This document shows positions 37,643 to 46,809 of a stretch of DNA of 64,000 nt, in pieces. Source of the DNA: a virus (Duplodnaviria; Caudoviricetes); IMG/VR virus record IMGVR_UViG_3300020441_000003, positions 25,546 through 89,545 of that record, one strand, 5' to 3'. The position numbers and the translations under genes are program-made. The notes below the pieces were generated by a model. The model worked only from the letters and a program-made list of their open reading frames with translations. It was not told where the DNA came from and did no database searches. Position 1 is the stretch's first letter. Each line of letters starts with the position of its first letter.

Positions 37643-39577
37643 TTAAATTTTTAGTATTGATACACTTTGAGTAGATAAAAGTGCTGAACTAAGAACAACA
37701 TTGCCACTTGCAATGGTGTAATCTGTTCCTAATGATAATTCTGAACCGTCTCTAAACACTTTTAATGTGCCTGATGCACTTGGTATACTAAACGAAGTAG
37801 TAGTTCCGTCTCCGTTTTTAAAGTTTACTTCATCATCTACAAATTTCTGTTGTTCTGATGTATCTAAGAGACGAGATGATGTAGATTTGTTTTCGTTCTT
37901 TACAGACATAACACCTGCAACACCAGCAATAGCAGGTATTGTGAATGGCATGCCTATTAGTTTTAAGAAGTCACACCATGTTAAACTTAACAAATCAAAT
38001 ATTGCACCTAATCCTATTGCATTGAAAAACTTTTTAACTATATTGACCCACTCCATCATAATTTTCTTATGCCAATTTAGTTTGAAGTCTTGAAACTCTA
38101 ATGAAATTTCTGCAATCTTTTCTTCTATAGATTCAGTAAACGATTCAATCTTACCACCTATAATTGCAGTTATATCAAAACCAAAAATTTGTATTTCTTC
38201 AATTAAACTTAAAACTCCTTCGTTAAATTCTCTAACTTCTTTTAGAAGATCATCTTCTAATGCTTTTTTCTCTGCATTTTTCTTTTCTAATTCTTCCAAT
38301 AACTTTGTTCTTTCTTCTTCACTTAAATTTTCGTTTTCTAATTTTTTGTTAATCTCTTCTATCTCTTTTTTAACGGTATTAATTTGTTTGATTTTACCTA
38401 ACTTTGTTTGTTTAAACTTTTCTTTTAGACTATCTATCTTTGCTCTTATCAATGCACCAATGTCTAGATTAATTATTGCCAATAACTCTGAAAAAGGAAG
38501 ACTTGGTAAACCTAAAGCGTCCCATATCTCATCAAATTTGTCTATTAACTTCTGAAATACTTTTACTAGACCTTGTTGTATGTATTCTTTAATTTCAGTT
38601 TTAATATATTTCCAGGTTAATTTTGCTTTTGCTTCTTCATCTAATACACCAAACTCACCATCAAATTGTCTAAACTCCTCTGGAATCAAACTAAAGAATC
38701 TATCTACATGTTCTGTTCTTGCCTTTTCTAATGCTTCGATTTCTTCTTGTAATTTTACCTTTTCTTCTTGCAAAGCTTTAAGTTCTTCTCTATTGTCAAC
38801 TGTCACAACATAGTTACCAGTAATCGGGTCTGTTGTACCAGTCGTAGTATGATTATCAACAAACTTTACAATTTCTTCATTTACTTCTGCTAATCTTTTT
38901 CTTTTTGCTATTATCTGTAAAGTAAAACTTTTACCAGCAATTTGATCTTGTATTTCTTTACGATAGTTAGGACTTGTTATTAACTTTAAAACATCTAATT
39001 GTAAACCTAATACATTTATAGTAAAAGAAATAGAAACTATTTTAGATATTAACTCTGCAACTTTAGTAGATATGTAAGTATGAAACTCTGATAACAATTC
39101 TGTAAATGCATCTTTAGCCTCTTTTGGCCAATCTCTTTTTTGTTCTGACTTTTCCCAATATGGTGATAGTATGTCACTTAAATCTTCTACAAAATCTGTT
39201 ATTGTTTGATCTATTTCATCTACTTGTTTTTGTATACCATCTACAATTGCAGTTTGTATAAACTTTTCTTTTTCTTCTATCTGTTTTTCTATTTCTGTTA
39301 TTTCTTCTGGAGTTAGATCTGGATTTTTTAAAAGTTCTTGCAGTTCTGCAATCTCTTTTTCTCTATTTGCCTTTCTCTCTTGAACAGATGCTACAAGTTC
39401 ACCAGGTATTCCAGCTATTTCATTAAAAGCATTTGTTATGTCTGCTCTTGTTGGTAAAGAAAAGAGGTCTCCCTCAGGACAAGGAAAACTATCTGCAATT
39501 GTTTTTTCTACAGATGTTTCTTTTTTCTGTTCTTCAGCTTGTTTGTCAAGAAGTTCTTGTAGTGTTGTGTTTGACAT
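37643..39577 (-). CDS. Large helical/coiled-coil protein downstream of gp5
   Basis: 644 aa; E/K coiled coils alternate with amphipathic helices; short C-terminal beta module (GDGTTTSF...GTDYT). Confidence 0.6.
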   Translation of the reverse strand: MSNTTLQELLDKQAEEQKKETSVEKTIADSFPCPEGDLFSLPTRADITNAFNEIAGIPGELVASVQERKANREKEIAELQELLKNPDLTPEEITEIEKQIEEKEKFIQTAIVDGIQKQVDEIDQTITDFVEDLSDILSPYWEKSEQKRDWPKEAKDAFTELLSEFHTYISTKVAELISKIVSISFTINVLGLQLDVLKLITSPNYRKEIQDQIAGKSFTLQIIAKRKRLAEVNEEIVKFVDNHTTTGTTDPITGNYVVTVDNREELKALQEEKVKLQEEIEALEKARTEHVDRFFSLIPEEFRQFDGEFGVLDEEAKAKLTWKYIKTEIKEYIQQGLVKVFQKLIDKFDEIWDALGLPSLPFSELLAIINLDIGALIRAKIDSLKEKFKQTKLGKIKQINTVKKEIEEINKKLENENLSEEERTKLLEELEKKNAEKKALEDDLLKEVREFNEGVLSLIEEIQIFGFDITAIIGGKIESFTESIEEKIAEISLEFQDFKLNWHKKIMMEWVNIVKKFFNAIGLGAIFDLLSLTWCDFLKLIGMPFTIPAIAGVAGVMSVKNENKSTSSRLLDTSEQQKFVDDEVNFKNGDGTTTSFSIPSASGTLKVFRDGSELSLGTDYTIASGNVVLSSALLSTQSVSILKI

Positions 39578-39579
39578 GA

Positions 39580-40659
39580 TTAACTGTTAGGTCTAAATTT
39601 CTGCGCTCTGACAATTACATCTCTGCCAGATTGTAATTTTATATCACCACCTGCTTCTATATCTAATTTACCAGCGACATCAATCTTACCATCATTGAAA
39701 CTTGATATATCTACTTTACCATTTGCATGTATCTTAGCGTCACCTAAAACTTTTATATTGACATTACCAGCAACAAACAATTCTTCATCTTTACATATGA
39801 CTGTATATCTATCATTTACTACTCTATGAATCTCATTACCATCTTTATCTATTTCGTAGAAAGTTCCTGTTCTATGTTCTACTGATAATCTTTCATTGTC
39901 TCTTGTATCGTCTACTTCTAATACATGACCTGATTCTGTTCTTGTCGCTTTGTTGTAAGGATACATTGGCGTTGCATTTGACTTTGCACCTGTAATGATT
40001 GGGTCCATATTTCTATCATCATATTTTGCATCGCCTGTTGTAAATACATTTATATCTGTAGCATCTTTTACAAGTGGATAATATGGTTTTTGTATCTTAG
40101 TTTCGCCATCAACTGTTGTGATAGTAATGTATTCTAACTTTTCACTTTCTTTAAATTCTTCTTTTTTAGAACCAGTACCAGTATATCTGATATTTTGTGC
40201 TTTAAGAAAATGAGGTGCAGTATCTATAGAAGATGTAAGTTCGTTACCTCTTTGAGGTGCAGATGGTGGATTTGTACCATCGTTCGAATTACTATACATC
40301 GATTGTTTTTCTCTTCTCGGGTCATTAAATCCTTTTTCAACACTTCTCTCTAATATTTCATTTGTAATTGTTTCTCTATAACCTTGTTGAGGTATTCCTT
40401 GACTTACACCTAATACAACAAATTGTTGTTGTAAAGAATCTGAGAATATACCGAAAACTGTTGCGCCCTCTACTAACGAGTGTGTATTACCTAAACCACC
40501 TAGACCAGCAGTTGTCACTGGCATTATGACATGTGACCATGGTAAATCAGCAGATGATATGAATTGTTTGTCGTCTGTATGTAATGCATGAATACGAACT
40601 CTTACACGACCTATCTTTAATGGGTCGTTTCTATCTTCTACTATTCCATAATGATACAT
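39580..40659 (-). CDS. gp5: Baseplate hub / central spike, without lysozyme domain
   Basis: YGIVEDRNDPLKIGRVRVR..LPW OB-fold; YPYNK..TESGHV.E.DDT...ER....HRTGTF.E. Confidence 0.9.
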   Translation of the reverse strand: MYHYGIVEDRNDPLKIGRVRVRIHALHTDDKQFISSADLPWSHVIMPVTTAGLGGLGNTHSLVEGATVFGIFSDSLQQQFVVLGVSQGIPQQGYRETITNEILERSVEKGFNDPRREKQSMYSNSNDGTNPPSAPQRGNELTSSIDTAPHFLKAQNIRYTGTGSKKEEFKESEKLEYITITTVDGETKIQKPYYPLVKDATDINVFTTGDAKYDDRNMDPIITGAKSNATPMYPYNKATRTESGHVLEVDDTRDNERLSVEHRTGTFYEIDKDGNEIHRVVNDRYTVICKDEELFVAGNVNIKVLGDAKIHANGKVDISSFNDGKIDVAGKLDIEAGGDIKLQSGRDVIVRAQKFRPNS

Positions 40660-40661
40660 TA

Positions 40662-42134
40662 TTATTCCTCAATCACTGTGTTTTCTAATTCAGACAATGG
40701 GTTATGTTCTTTTATATTTTTTGCGAAACTATCTTTTGCACAAGTTAATGTTACCTGTCCTGTATTCTCTAATGGTAAAAAATGATATCTTACAGCTGTT
40801 ACCAAATATCTATCATCTTGTAATTGGTCTCTATCGTCTTCATTTTCTTGATGACCAAAAGGTGGAAATCTTAATCTTACAGTAGTGCCACAATTTACAT
40901 CCGTTCTAAAAGGTATTGTGACTAGAGTGCTATTTTGATTAAAATTGGTTAACATAGCAACTCTTTGTAAATCACCTGTATCTCTACTTTCCATGCCTAG
41001 TTGTTGTGTTTTAACTGAATCGCTGTTTGTGTCTATTAATTTTGCTTCGTCTGAAAAAGCATTTGTAGGATTTACACTGTATGCATGATAACTATCAAAC
41101 TTATCTGTAGGTTTTAAATCTACAAAATCTTCTGATAATTGAAAACTTCTTTTGCCTGTACCAATACCATCTTTAGCGCCATATATTATCTCTTGATCTT
41201 CTGTATTGATTAATGGAAATTTTGAAACATGTCCTTGTTTTTCATTTTTAAAAGAATCTGTAATTTTATATATGTTATCTTCTTCTAATTTTCTGACAGG
41301 GTCGTATGTAATCTGTTTTGATGCAAATGCACCTTGTGTATAACCTTTTAGTATATCTGCTCTTGATGGTTGTATCATGCCTAAAATTTCTGTGCCTGTT
41401 CCAACATTCGGAGAATCATCATCAAACTCATCGTTTTCTTTATCTGTCCTAGTAGACATATCAAAAACAACAGGTTCTTCTAATTGTTGCACCATTGTAT
41501 CGAAAGATGTAAATCTAAAACCTCCGTTCATGGTCTGATAGAAAAACATATTATTTGCATAACTGTTATCTTTTGATTTTTTACTTGAATTTTCTACGCA
41601 TACACTAATAAACTTTTCTATCGTCCAGTTAGGACATATTATTTGTAGATTTGTTGGTTCTGTTTCTTCCCAAAAATCAGTTGTATCATTCGGGTCTCTC
41701 TGAAACTTAAAGTTTGCATCTTCTTGTAATACTTTTAATAACATACTAGAATAAGAACCTCTTACAGTTTTACTTAATCTTGTTGTCTTACAAGTTATCA
41801 TTTTTGGGTCGCAAAAATGTAAACGATAACTTTGTGCTTTTTTAAGGTCATCACCCACTACATTATCTATGGCATAAATTCTAAAAACTTTTCTAAATGT
41901 AGAGTTTGCTGATGAAACTTGAATTGTTATAGATTCTTGACCGACAAGTTTATAATTTTTTAACATTTGTATACCATCAACAACTGTTAATTTGCCTTTA
42001 ACAAATTGTTGTTGTATACCCTCGTAAAGTTTTACATCAGTTGTTATAGGTGCAATATTAATTGCATCTTGGTCTTGATTTACTATTGTTAGCTGATGGA
42101 TTTTAAATGCACCAGGTCTGTTAGAACCTATCAT
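40662..42134 (-). CDS. Baseplate hub protein (gp27-like)
   Basis: Between gp53 and gp5; MFFYQTMNGGFRFTSF; YLVTAVRYHF. Confidence 0.65.
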   Translation of the reverse strand: MIGSNRPGAFKIHQLTIVNQDQDAINIAPITTDVKLYEGIQQQFVKGKLTVVDGIQMLKNYKLVGQESITIQVSSANSTFRKVFRIYAIDNVVGDDLKKAQSYRLHFCDPKMITCKTTRLSKTVRGSYSSMLLKVLQEDANFKFQRDPNDTTDFWEETEPTNLQIICPNWTIEKFISVCVENSSKKSKDNSYANNMFFYQTMNGGFRFTSFDTMVQQLEEPVVFDMSTRTDKENDEFDDDSPNVGTGTEILGMIQPSRADILKGYTQGAFASKQITYDPVRKLEEDNIYKITDSFKNEKQGHVSKFPLINTEDQEIIYGAKDGIGTGKRSFQLSEDFVDLKPTDKFDSYHAYSVNPTNAFSDEAKLIDTNSDSVKTQQLGMESRDTGDLQRVAMLTNFNQNSTLVTIPFRTDVNCGTTVRLRFPPFGHQENEDDRDQLQDDRYLVTAVRYHFLPLENTGQVTLTCAKDSFAKNIKEHNPLSELENTVIEE

Positions 42135-42139
42135 AATTT

Positions 42140-42868
42140 TTAACCTGACATTATTTCATTAAATCTCGATATTACATCACTCATTAAATTTTGTTTGATA
42201 TATTTAATTGTTCTTTTTTCTTCGTTTAAATCATACTCATCAGTATAAAACGATACACTACTATAACCTGATAACTCAGTGTTTCTTCTTAAACCATTTG
42301 AATTTTTATAATATTTTACACCATCTTTTTGATCTACAACAGATGTTGGTGTAAATGAGTTACCTGATACTGAACCTGTAATTAACTCGTTTGCAACAAA
42401 ATTACCACCCTCTATACAAATTCTCTTTTCTAAAGGCGATACTTCTATAATTCTTCCCTCTGATGATACACTTGTGACTTTTTCACCTAATAAAAATTTA
42501 TGTGTAGTAGAATCACCTACTTGTTTTGCAACAATATCTGTCGATTGTGTTCCTATTGCTAATTGACCTGGAAACTTTTTATTGATATATCTTTCAAAAG
42601 TTTCATTATCTTTATGCCAATCGTAATAGTTTTCTATATCATTCACTAAAAAAAATGTCCAATGTAAATGTTGATCGTTGTATAATCTAGCGGCTGCTAC
42701 ATCAGGTCTTTCACCGTCTTTCAATTCATATAGATTGTATTCTATTATTGAGTTTACAGCTTCTTGTTCTATTTTAGATTTACGGAAGAAATCTTTGATA
42801 GTGACAATTTTACCATTATCTAATTCGTAATTAATCTCTGGAAAATTTTTAAAATATGTTGATGCCAT
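42140..42868 (-). CDS. gp53: Baseplate wedge subunit
   Basis: YFKNFPEINY...GERPD.AA.RLY....HW...L.N (LysM-like); EEKRTIK.IK. Confidence 0.88.
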   Translation of the reverse strand: MASTYFKNFPEINYELDNGKIVTIKDFFRKSKIEQEAVNSIIEYNLYELKDGERPDVAAARLYNDQHLHWTFFLVNDIENYYDWHKDNETFERYINKKFPGQLAIGTQSTDIVAKQVGDSTTHKFLLGEKVTSVSSEGRIIEVSPLEKRICIEGGNFVANELITGSVSGNSFTPTSVVDQKDGVKYYKNSNGLRRNTELSGYSSVSFYTDEYDLNEEKRTIKYIKQNLMSDVISRFNEIMSG

Positions 42869-44169
42869 TAATTATCTCCGTTTGGTGGTGGTGGAACTGG
42901 AGTTCCAGATTGATATTTACCTTTTTTGTGTAATTTATCTAATTCGCTAGGTGTTCCACTAAACTTAAATCTATCTGAATATAGAGTGCTACCAGTTTCA
43001 TCTAGAGCTGTAGCAGCTATAGCATCATAGTTATTGAGAGTCATAATCTTAATTTCTAAGAAGTTTAAAGTCAACTGAACTTTTGCAGGCATACCGTCAT
43101 GATAAGTTGAGAATTTTTGACCACCAGAGTAATCGACCTGTGCGTTCGTGCAAACAGCAGGTAAAAATCCATCAATATTATCTGCAAGTGGACCTATAAA
43201 TTGTATGTCAAATATATTTGGATATAAAAACATATTTTGTATGCCTTTTTCACCTATTGCAAATAATGATTCATTAAAACCTGGATCGCCTTTTCTCTTT
43301 TTATTGCCATCTCTTATAACTAAATTAAGGCCTGGATTATTTCCGTCTGCATCTACTTCTGTGCCTGAGTTATGTTCGATATTTACATTACGATTGAATT
43401 GTAAAGAACCTGTATCAGGTAACATAGAACTTCTAAAAGCATAAATGATTCTTCTAATTTCTAATGCTTCTTTTTCAGATTTAGGATAAAAATCAAATGT
43501 AAAGTCCCATGATCTAAAAGGTATACCATCTAGTATTTGTTCGTTCTTAGGATTAGCTGCAATACCAGCTTTTAAACCTGCAAGACCTCCAGTCAAACCT
43601 TGTAGACCTTTAAATGCCATTTCTGTTAAAACTGTATTTGCATTGGTACCCATATTTTCAGCACCACTTTCAAAAACATCAGCAATAGCTTTTGCCATTG
43701 ATTTCATACCCTCTTGACGATATTGAACATTTGCCTGTGATATCAAAGTATCAGGAACATAAAGTGCAATAGATCGTTCTTTAAAAACTGGATGATTTGA
43801 TGAACCATCAGGTCTTACAGTATTACTGCCATCCATTTTTTCACCGCCGATGCCCTGGTTATTTCTAGGTCTTATATTAAAAAGTATGTAATTAGCCAAT
43901 GCATCATGATAAGGATAAATTATTTGTTGTTCTTTTTCTGCTGGTATTTTACCAACAAAGCTTTGTGCTTGTTCTTTTTGTGTTAATGCAGATGATAATC
44001 TGGCACCTCTTCTCTCTAATTGATTTTGGGCTTCTTTTGATTGTTTTCCTAATTCATCTATAGCAGATGTATAGTTAATTGATTGAATTTTACTTTGAAT
44101 ACCTTTGAGAGAGTTGATTGCACTCTTGGCCTTATTGAATTTGTCTAGGAGTTTGTCGATATATGCCAT
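42868..44169 (-). CDS. gp48: Baseplate tail-tube cap
   Basis: NPKNEQILDGIPFRSWDFTFDFYPKSEKEA..I..I...F; YPNIFDI; VCTNAQVDY. Confidence 0.88.
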   Translation of the reverse strand: MAYIDKLLDKFNKAKSAINSLKGIQSKIQSINYTSAIDELGKQSKEAQNQLERRGARLSSALTQKEQAQSFVGKIPAEKEQQIIYPYHDALANYILFNIRPRNNQGIGGEKMDGSNTVRPDGSSNHPVFKERSIALYVPDTLISQANVQYRQEGMKSMAKAIADVFESGAENMGTNANTVLTEMAFKGLQGLTGGLAGLKAGIAANPKNEQILDGIPFRSWDFTFDFYPKSEKEALEIRRIIYAFRSSMLPDTGSLQFNRNVNIEHNSGTEVDADGNNPGLNLVIRDGNKKRKGDPGFNESLFAIGEKGIQNMFLYPNIFDIQFIGPLADNIDGFLPAVCTNAQVDYSGGQKFSTYHDGMPAKVQLTLNFLEIKIMTLNNYDAIAATALDETGSTLYSDRFKFSGTPSELDKLHKKGKYQSGTPVPPPPNGDN

Positions 44170-44204
44170 ATAAATAACCTTAAAGTCTTAATATAGTTAT
44201 TTAT
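44169..44204. promoter_or_regulatory. Divergent overlapping late promoters: TATAAATA (+, 44169-44176) for gp4 and ATAAATA (-, 44198-44204) for gp48
   Basis: Both boxes are visible between the divergent gp48 and gp4 starts. Confidence 0.8.
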
Positions 44205-44643
44205 GTCGTATAGTGGTAAGTTTAAACCTAAGAATTACAAAAAATATCGAGGTGACCCTACAAAAATCTTTTATCGCTCACTTTGGGAGCGAAGATTTAT
44301 GGTTTACTGCGATAATAACTCAAAAATCATAGAATGGGGCAGTGAAGAGATAATAATACCATATAAATCGCCTTTAGACAAAAAAACCCATAGATATTTC
44401 CCCGATTTTTATGTAAAATATATTAATAAGGATAAAAAAGTAGTTCGTGAAATTATTGAAGTCAAACCAAAGAGACATCTTTTGCCTCCGAAAGAACCTA
44501 AACGAAGGACTCAAAGATATTTGAATGAAGTTGCGACATATCATAAGAATAAGGCAAAATTTAAGGCGGCTGAAGAATATTGTAAAGACAGAAAGTATAA
44601 TTTTAGAATACTAACAGAAGACCAACTATTACCAAAGAAATGA
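44203..44643 (+). CDS. gp4: Head completion protein
   Basis: YSGKFKPKNYKKYRGDPTKIFYRSLWE...WGSEE..IPY..P.D...HRYFPDF..IEVKP. Confidence 0.95.
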   Translation: MSYSGKFKPKNYKKYRGDPTKIFYRSLWERRFMVYCDNNSKIIEWGSEEIIIPYKSPLDKKTHRYFPDFYVKYINKDKKVVREIIEVKPKRHLLPPKEPKRRTQRYLNEVATYHKNKAKFKAAEEYCKDRKYNFRILTEDQLLPKK

Positions 44644-45233
44644 AGACATATATTTTTGATTTAGACGGCGTTTTAATAGACTCAGCACATATGATGGAAC
44701 AATCATGGAACACATGCATGTTAGAACATGAACTAACACAACCTTTTTCAGAATACTTCAAACATATTGGCAAACCTTTTCGTGATATCATGAAAGAATT
44801 GAATGTTGAAAATGTTGAAGCAGTCAAATACACTTATGATAAGGCATCTTTAGAACTTATGGAATATTGTTTAGAGTTTTACGATGGTGTCGAAGATACA
44901 TTAAAAGAAATAAAGAAGAATAGTAAGATTGCAGTAGTCACATCAAAGACTGCTGAAAGAACAAATGTAATTCTAGATCATTTAGATGTAGAATTTGATT
45001 ATGTTGTAAGTCCTAAAAAAGGATTGAGAGGCAAACCAGCGCCAGATCAAATTCTTTTTTGTCTTGCAATGACACAAACTGACCCTAAAGATGCAGTCTA
45101 CATAGGAGACATGCAAGTTGACTATGAGGCGGCTACTAGGGCAGGTATAGACTTTATACATGCAAGTTATGGTTATGGAAAATGCGATCACTCAGTAAAA
45201 TCGATAGAGAATCTAAACTCGTTGTTGGATTAA
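44640..45233 (+). CDS. HAD-family hydrolase (subfamily IA, phosphatase)
   Basis: FDLDGVLIDS motif I; VVTSK; KPAPD; YIGDMQVD. Confidence 0.9.
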   Translation: MKTYIFDLDGVLIDSAHMMEQSWNTCMLEHELTQPFSEYFKHIGKPFRDIMKELNVENVEAVKYTYDKASLELMEYCLEFYDGVEDTLKEIKKNSKIAVVTSKTAERTNVILDHLDVEFDYVVSPKKGLRGKPAPDQILFCLAMTQTDPKDAVYIGDMQVDYEAATRAGIDFIHASYGYGKCDHSVKSIENLNSLLD

Positions 45234-45934
45234 TACCAGCAAGGTGGCATTCGACTCGTTTCGAAGGCAAACCTTTGGCGTTAATCAATGGCGTGCCTAT
45301 GATTCGTAGAGTTTACGACCAAGCTTGTGCATCTGAGAAACTTGATACAGTTGTAGTATTAACTGATAGTCAAAAAGTAAATGAGTATTGTGCAAAACAT
45401 GAAATGCGTTGCATAGTAATTGATGATGATGTGCGTTCTGGAACAGACAGGTGTGCGAAAGCGATCGAGTTAATTGATGGTGATGTATTCGTAAACATTC
45501 AAGGTGACGAACCACTAATCAATCCTGATGCAATAGATACTTTAGTAGAACAGTTTGATAAGTCTATTGGTATTGGTAATGCATATGTCTATGTCAATGA
45601 TAATTATAAATTACATGATAGTAATGTTGTAAAAGTTGTGACTGATCTGAGCAACAATGCAGTTTACTATTCAAGATTTGGTATACCTTTTCATAAGAAA
45701 GAAGAGGTGCCTTTCAAACAACAACTAGGTCTGTATGCGTTCAATCGTCATATGTTAGAATTGTTTATAGAACTAGAAGTTGGCGAATTAGAAAAAGCAG
45801 AATCAGTAGAAATGTTAAGATACATTGAAAATGGTTTTGCAGTTAAAATGATAGAAGTAGAAGACCACGGATTATCCGTAGATACAGAAGATGACTTAAA
45901 AAGAGTCGAGGAGTTTTTAAATGCCTATAATTGA
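45182..45934 (+). CDS. kdsB: CMP-KDO synthetase-like cytidylyltransferase
   Basis: IPARWHSTRFEGKPLALING.PMI; SGTDR; VNIQGDEP; VKVV; LEKAESVEMLR; SVDTEDDL. Confidence 0.88.
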   Translation: MRSLSKIDRESKLVVGLIPARWHSTRFEGKPLALINGVPMIRRVYDQACASEKLDTVVVLTDSQKVNEYCAKHEMRCIVIDDDVRSGTDRCAKAIELIDGDVFVNIQGDEPLINPDAIDTLVEQFDKSIGIGNAYVYVNDNYKLHDSNVVKVVTDLSNNAVYYSRFGIPFHKKEEVPFKQQLGLYAFNRHMLELFIELEVGELEKAESVEMLRYIENGFAVKMIEVEDHGLSVDTEDDLKRVEEFLNAYN

Positions 45935-46808
45935 TATTACACCACAGAACAATAATGTCAATTTTGAAAAGTTCAAAAGATACTTTACAATCACTACTGA
46001 GACTAGAGATTGTTTTGATTACATATCTGAACATTCAAAACCTTATCTTGTCACATTACAAGACTGTATCAATGTTGGTCTTTATGGACCTAACACACAA
46101 AGATATGGCACTGAAAAACTTTTAGAACATGTTATTGCTTTGATCAAGGGCATAGACGGTAATTCAATAGACATGCAAAATTTCTCTGAACAAACTGCTG
46201 ACAATGAACAGAATATGTTATATCATTGTTGTAAGATTATGTATCTTATAGAACAGTATAATACTGTTGGTTTACATTCTACAATGCAGGCACTAACAGA
46301 AGGAAATCATATGTTCGTGCATCCAGGTTGTTCTCGTATACATGCACATTCATATCTACAGGCATACGATGAAAAAATTATTGTTTGGGACAGACATAAC
46401 AAGTTTTCCGAGGCTAATTCGGGTTGGCCAAGAACACAATTAACATTTGAAGAATGGCATGAAATTTTTAAGAAAGCAGATAAAGATATATTTGCAGTTA
46501 ATGATAATGGCCAAATACTTGAAATGCATATGCAAGAAGAAAGAAAAGACATTGTAGGTTCTGTTCAAAGTATTCGTGCAATGTTTAACTTTCAGAAACC
46601 TATATTGATAGGTGATTGTGAAGATGATGTCTTTGAGTTTATTAGACCAAACTACTATTCGCCAGATGATACATCAGAATCAAAAGGCGTAATCATCGAT
46701 AGTGGTAATTATAAATTTAAGAGAGAAGACTTGGTACATCTTCTTGCCTTATATCCTTATACATCTGAAAAAGTTGTGAAAGAAAATTTCGTTATCTATA
46801 CAAACTAA
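45921..46808 (+). CDS. Uncharacterised protein with a ParB/Srx-like segment paralogous to 7293-8831
   Basis: YHCCKIMYLIEQYNTVGLHSTMQ...FVHPGCSR...IIVWD aligns with YHSAKAHWLIDSIRKEGLWNPIQ...IHPGSVR...WIWD. Confidence 0.6.
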   Translation: MPIIDITPQNNNVNFEKFKRYFTITTETRDCFDYISEHSKPYLVTLQDCINVGLYGPNTQRYGTEKLLEHVIALIKGIDGNSIDMQNFSEQTADNEQNMLYHCCKIMYLIEQYNTVGLHSTMQALTEGNHMFVHPGCSRIHAHSYLQAYDEKIIVWDRHNKFSEANSGWPRTQLTFEEWHEIFKKADKDIFAVNDNGQILEMHMQEERKDIVGSVQSIRAMFNFQKPILIGDCEDDVFEFIRPNYYSPDDTSESKGVIIDSGNYKFKREDLVHLLALYPYTSEKVVKENFVIYTN

Positions 46809-46809
46809 A

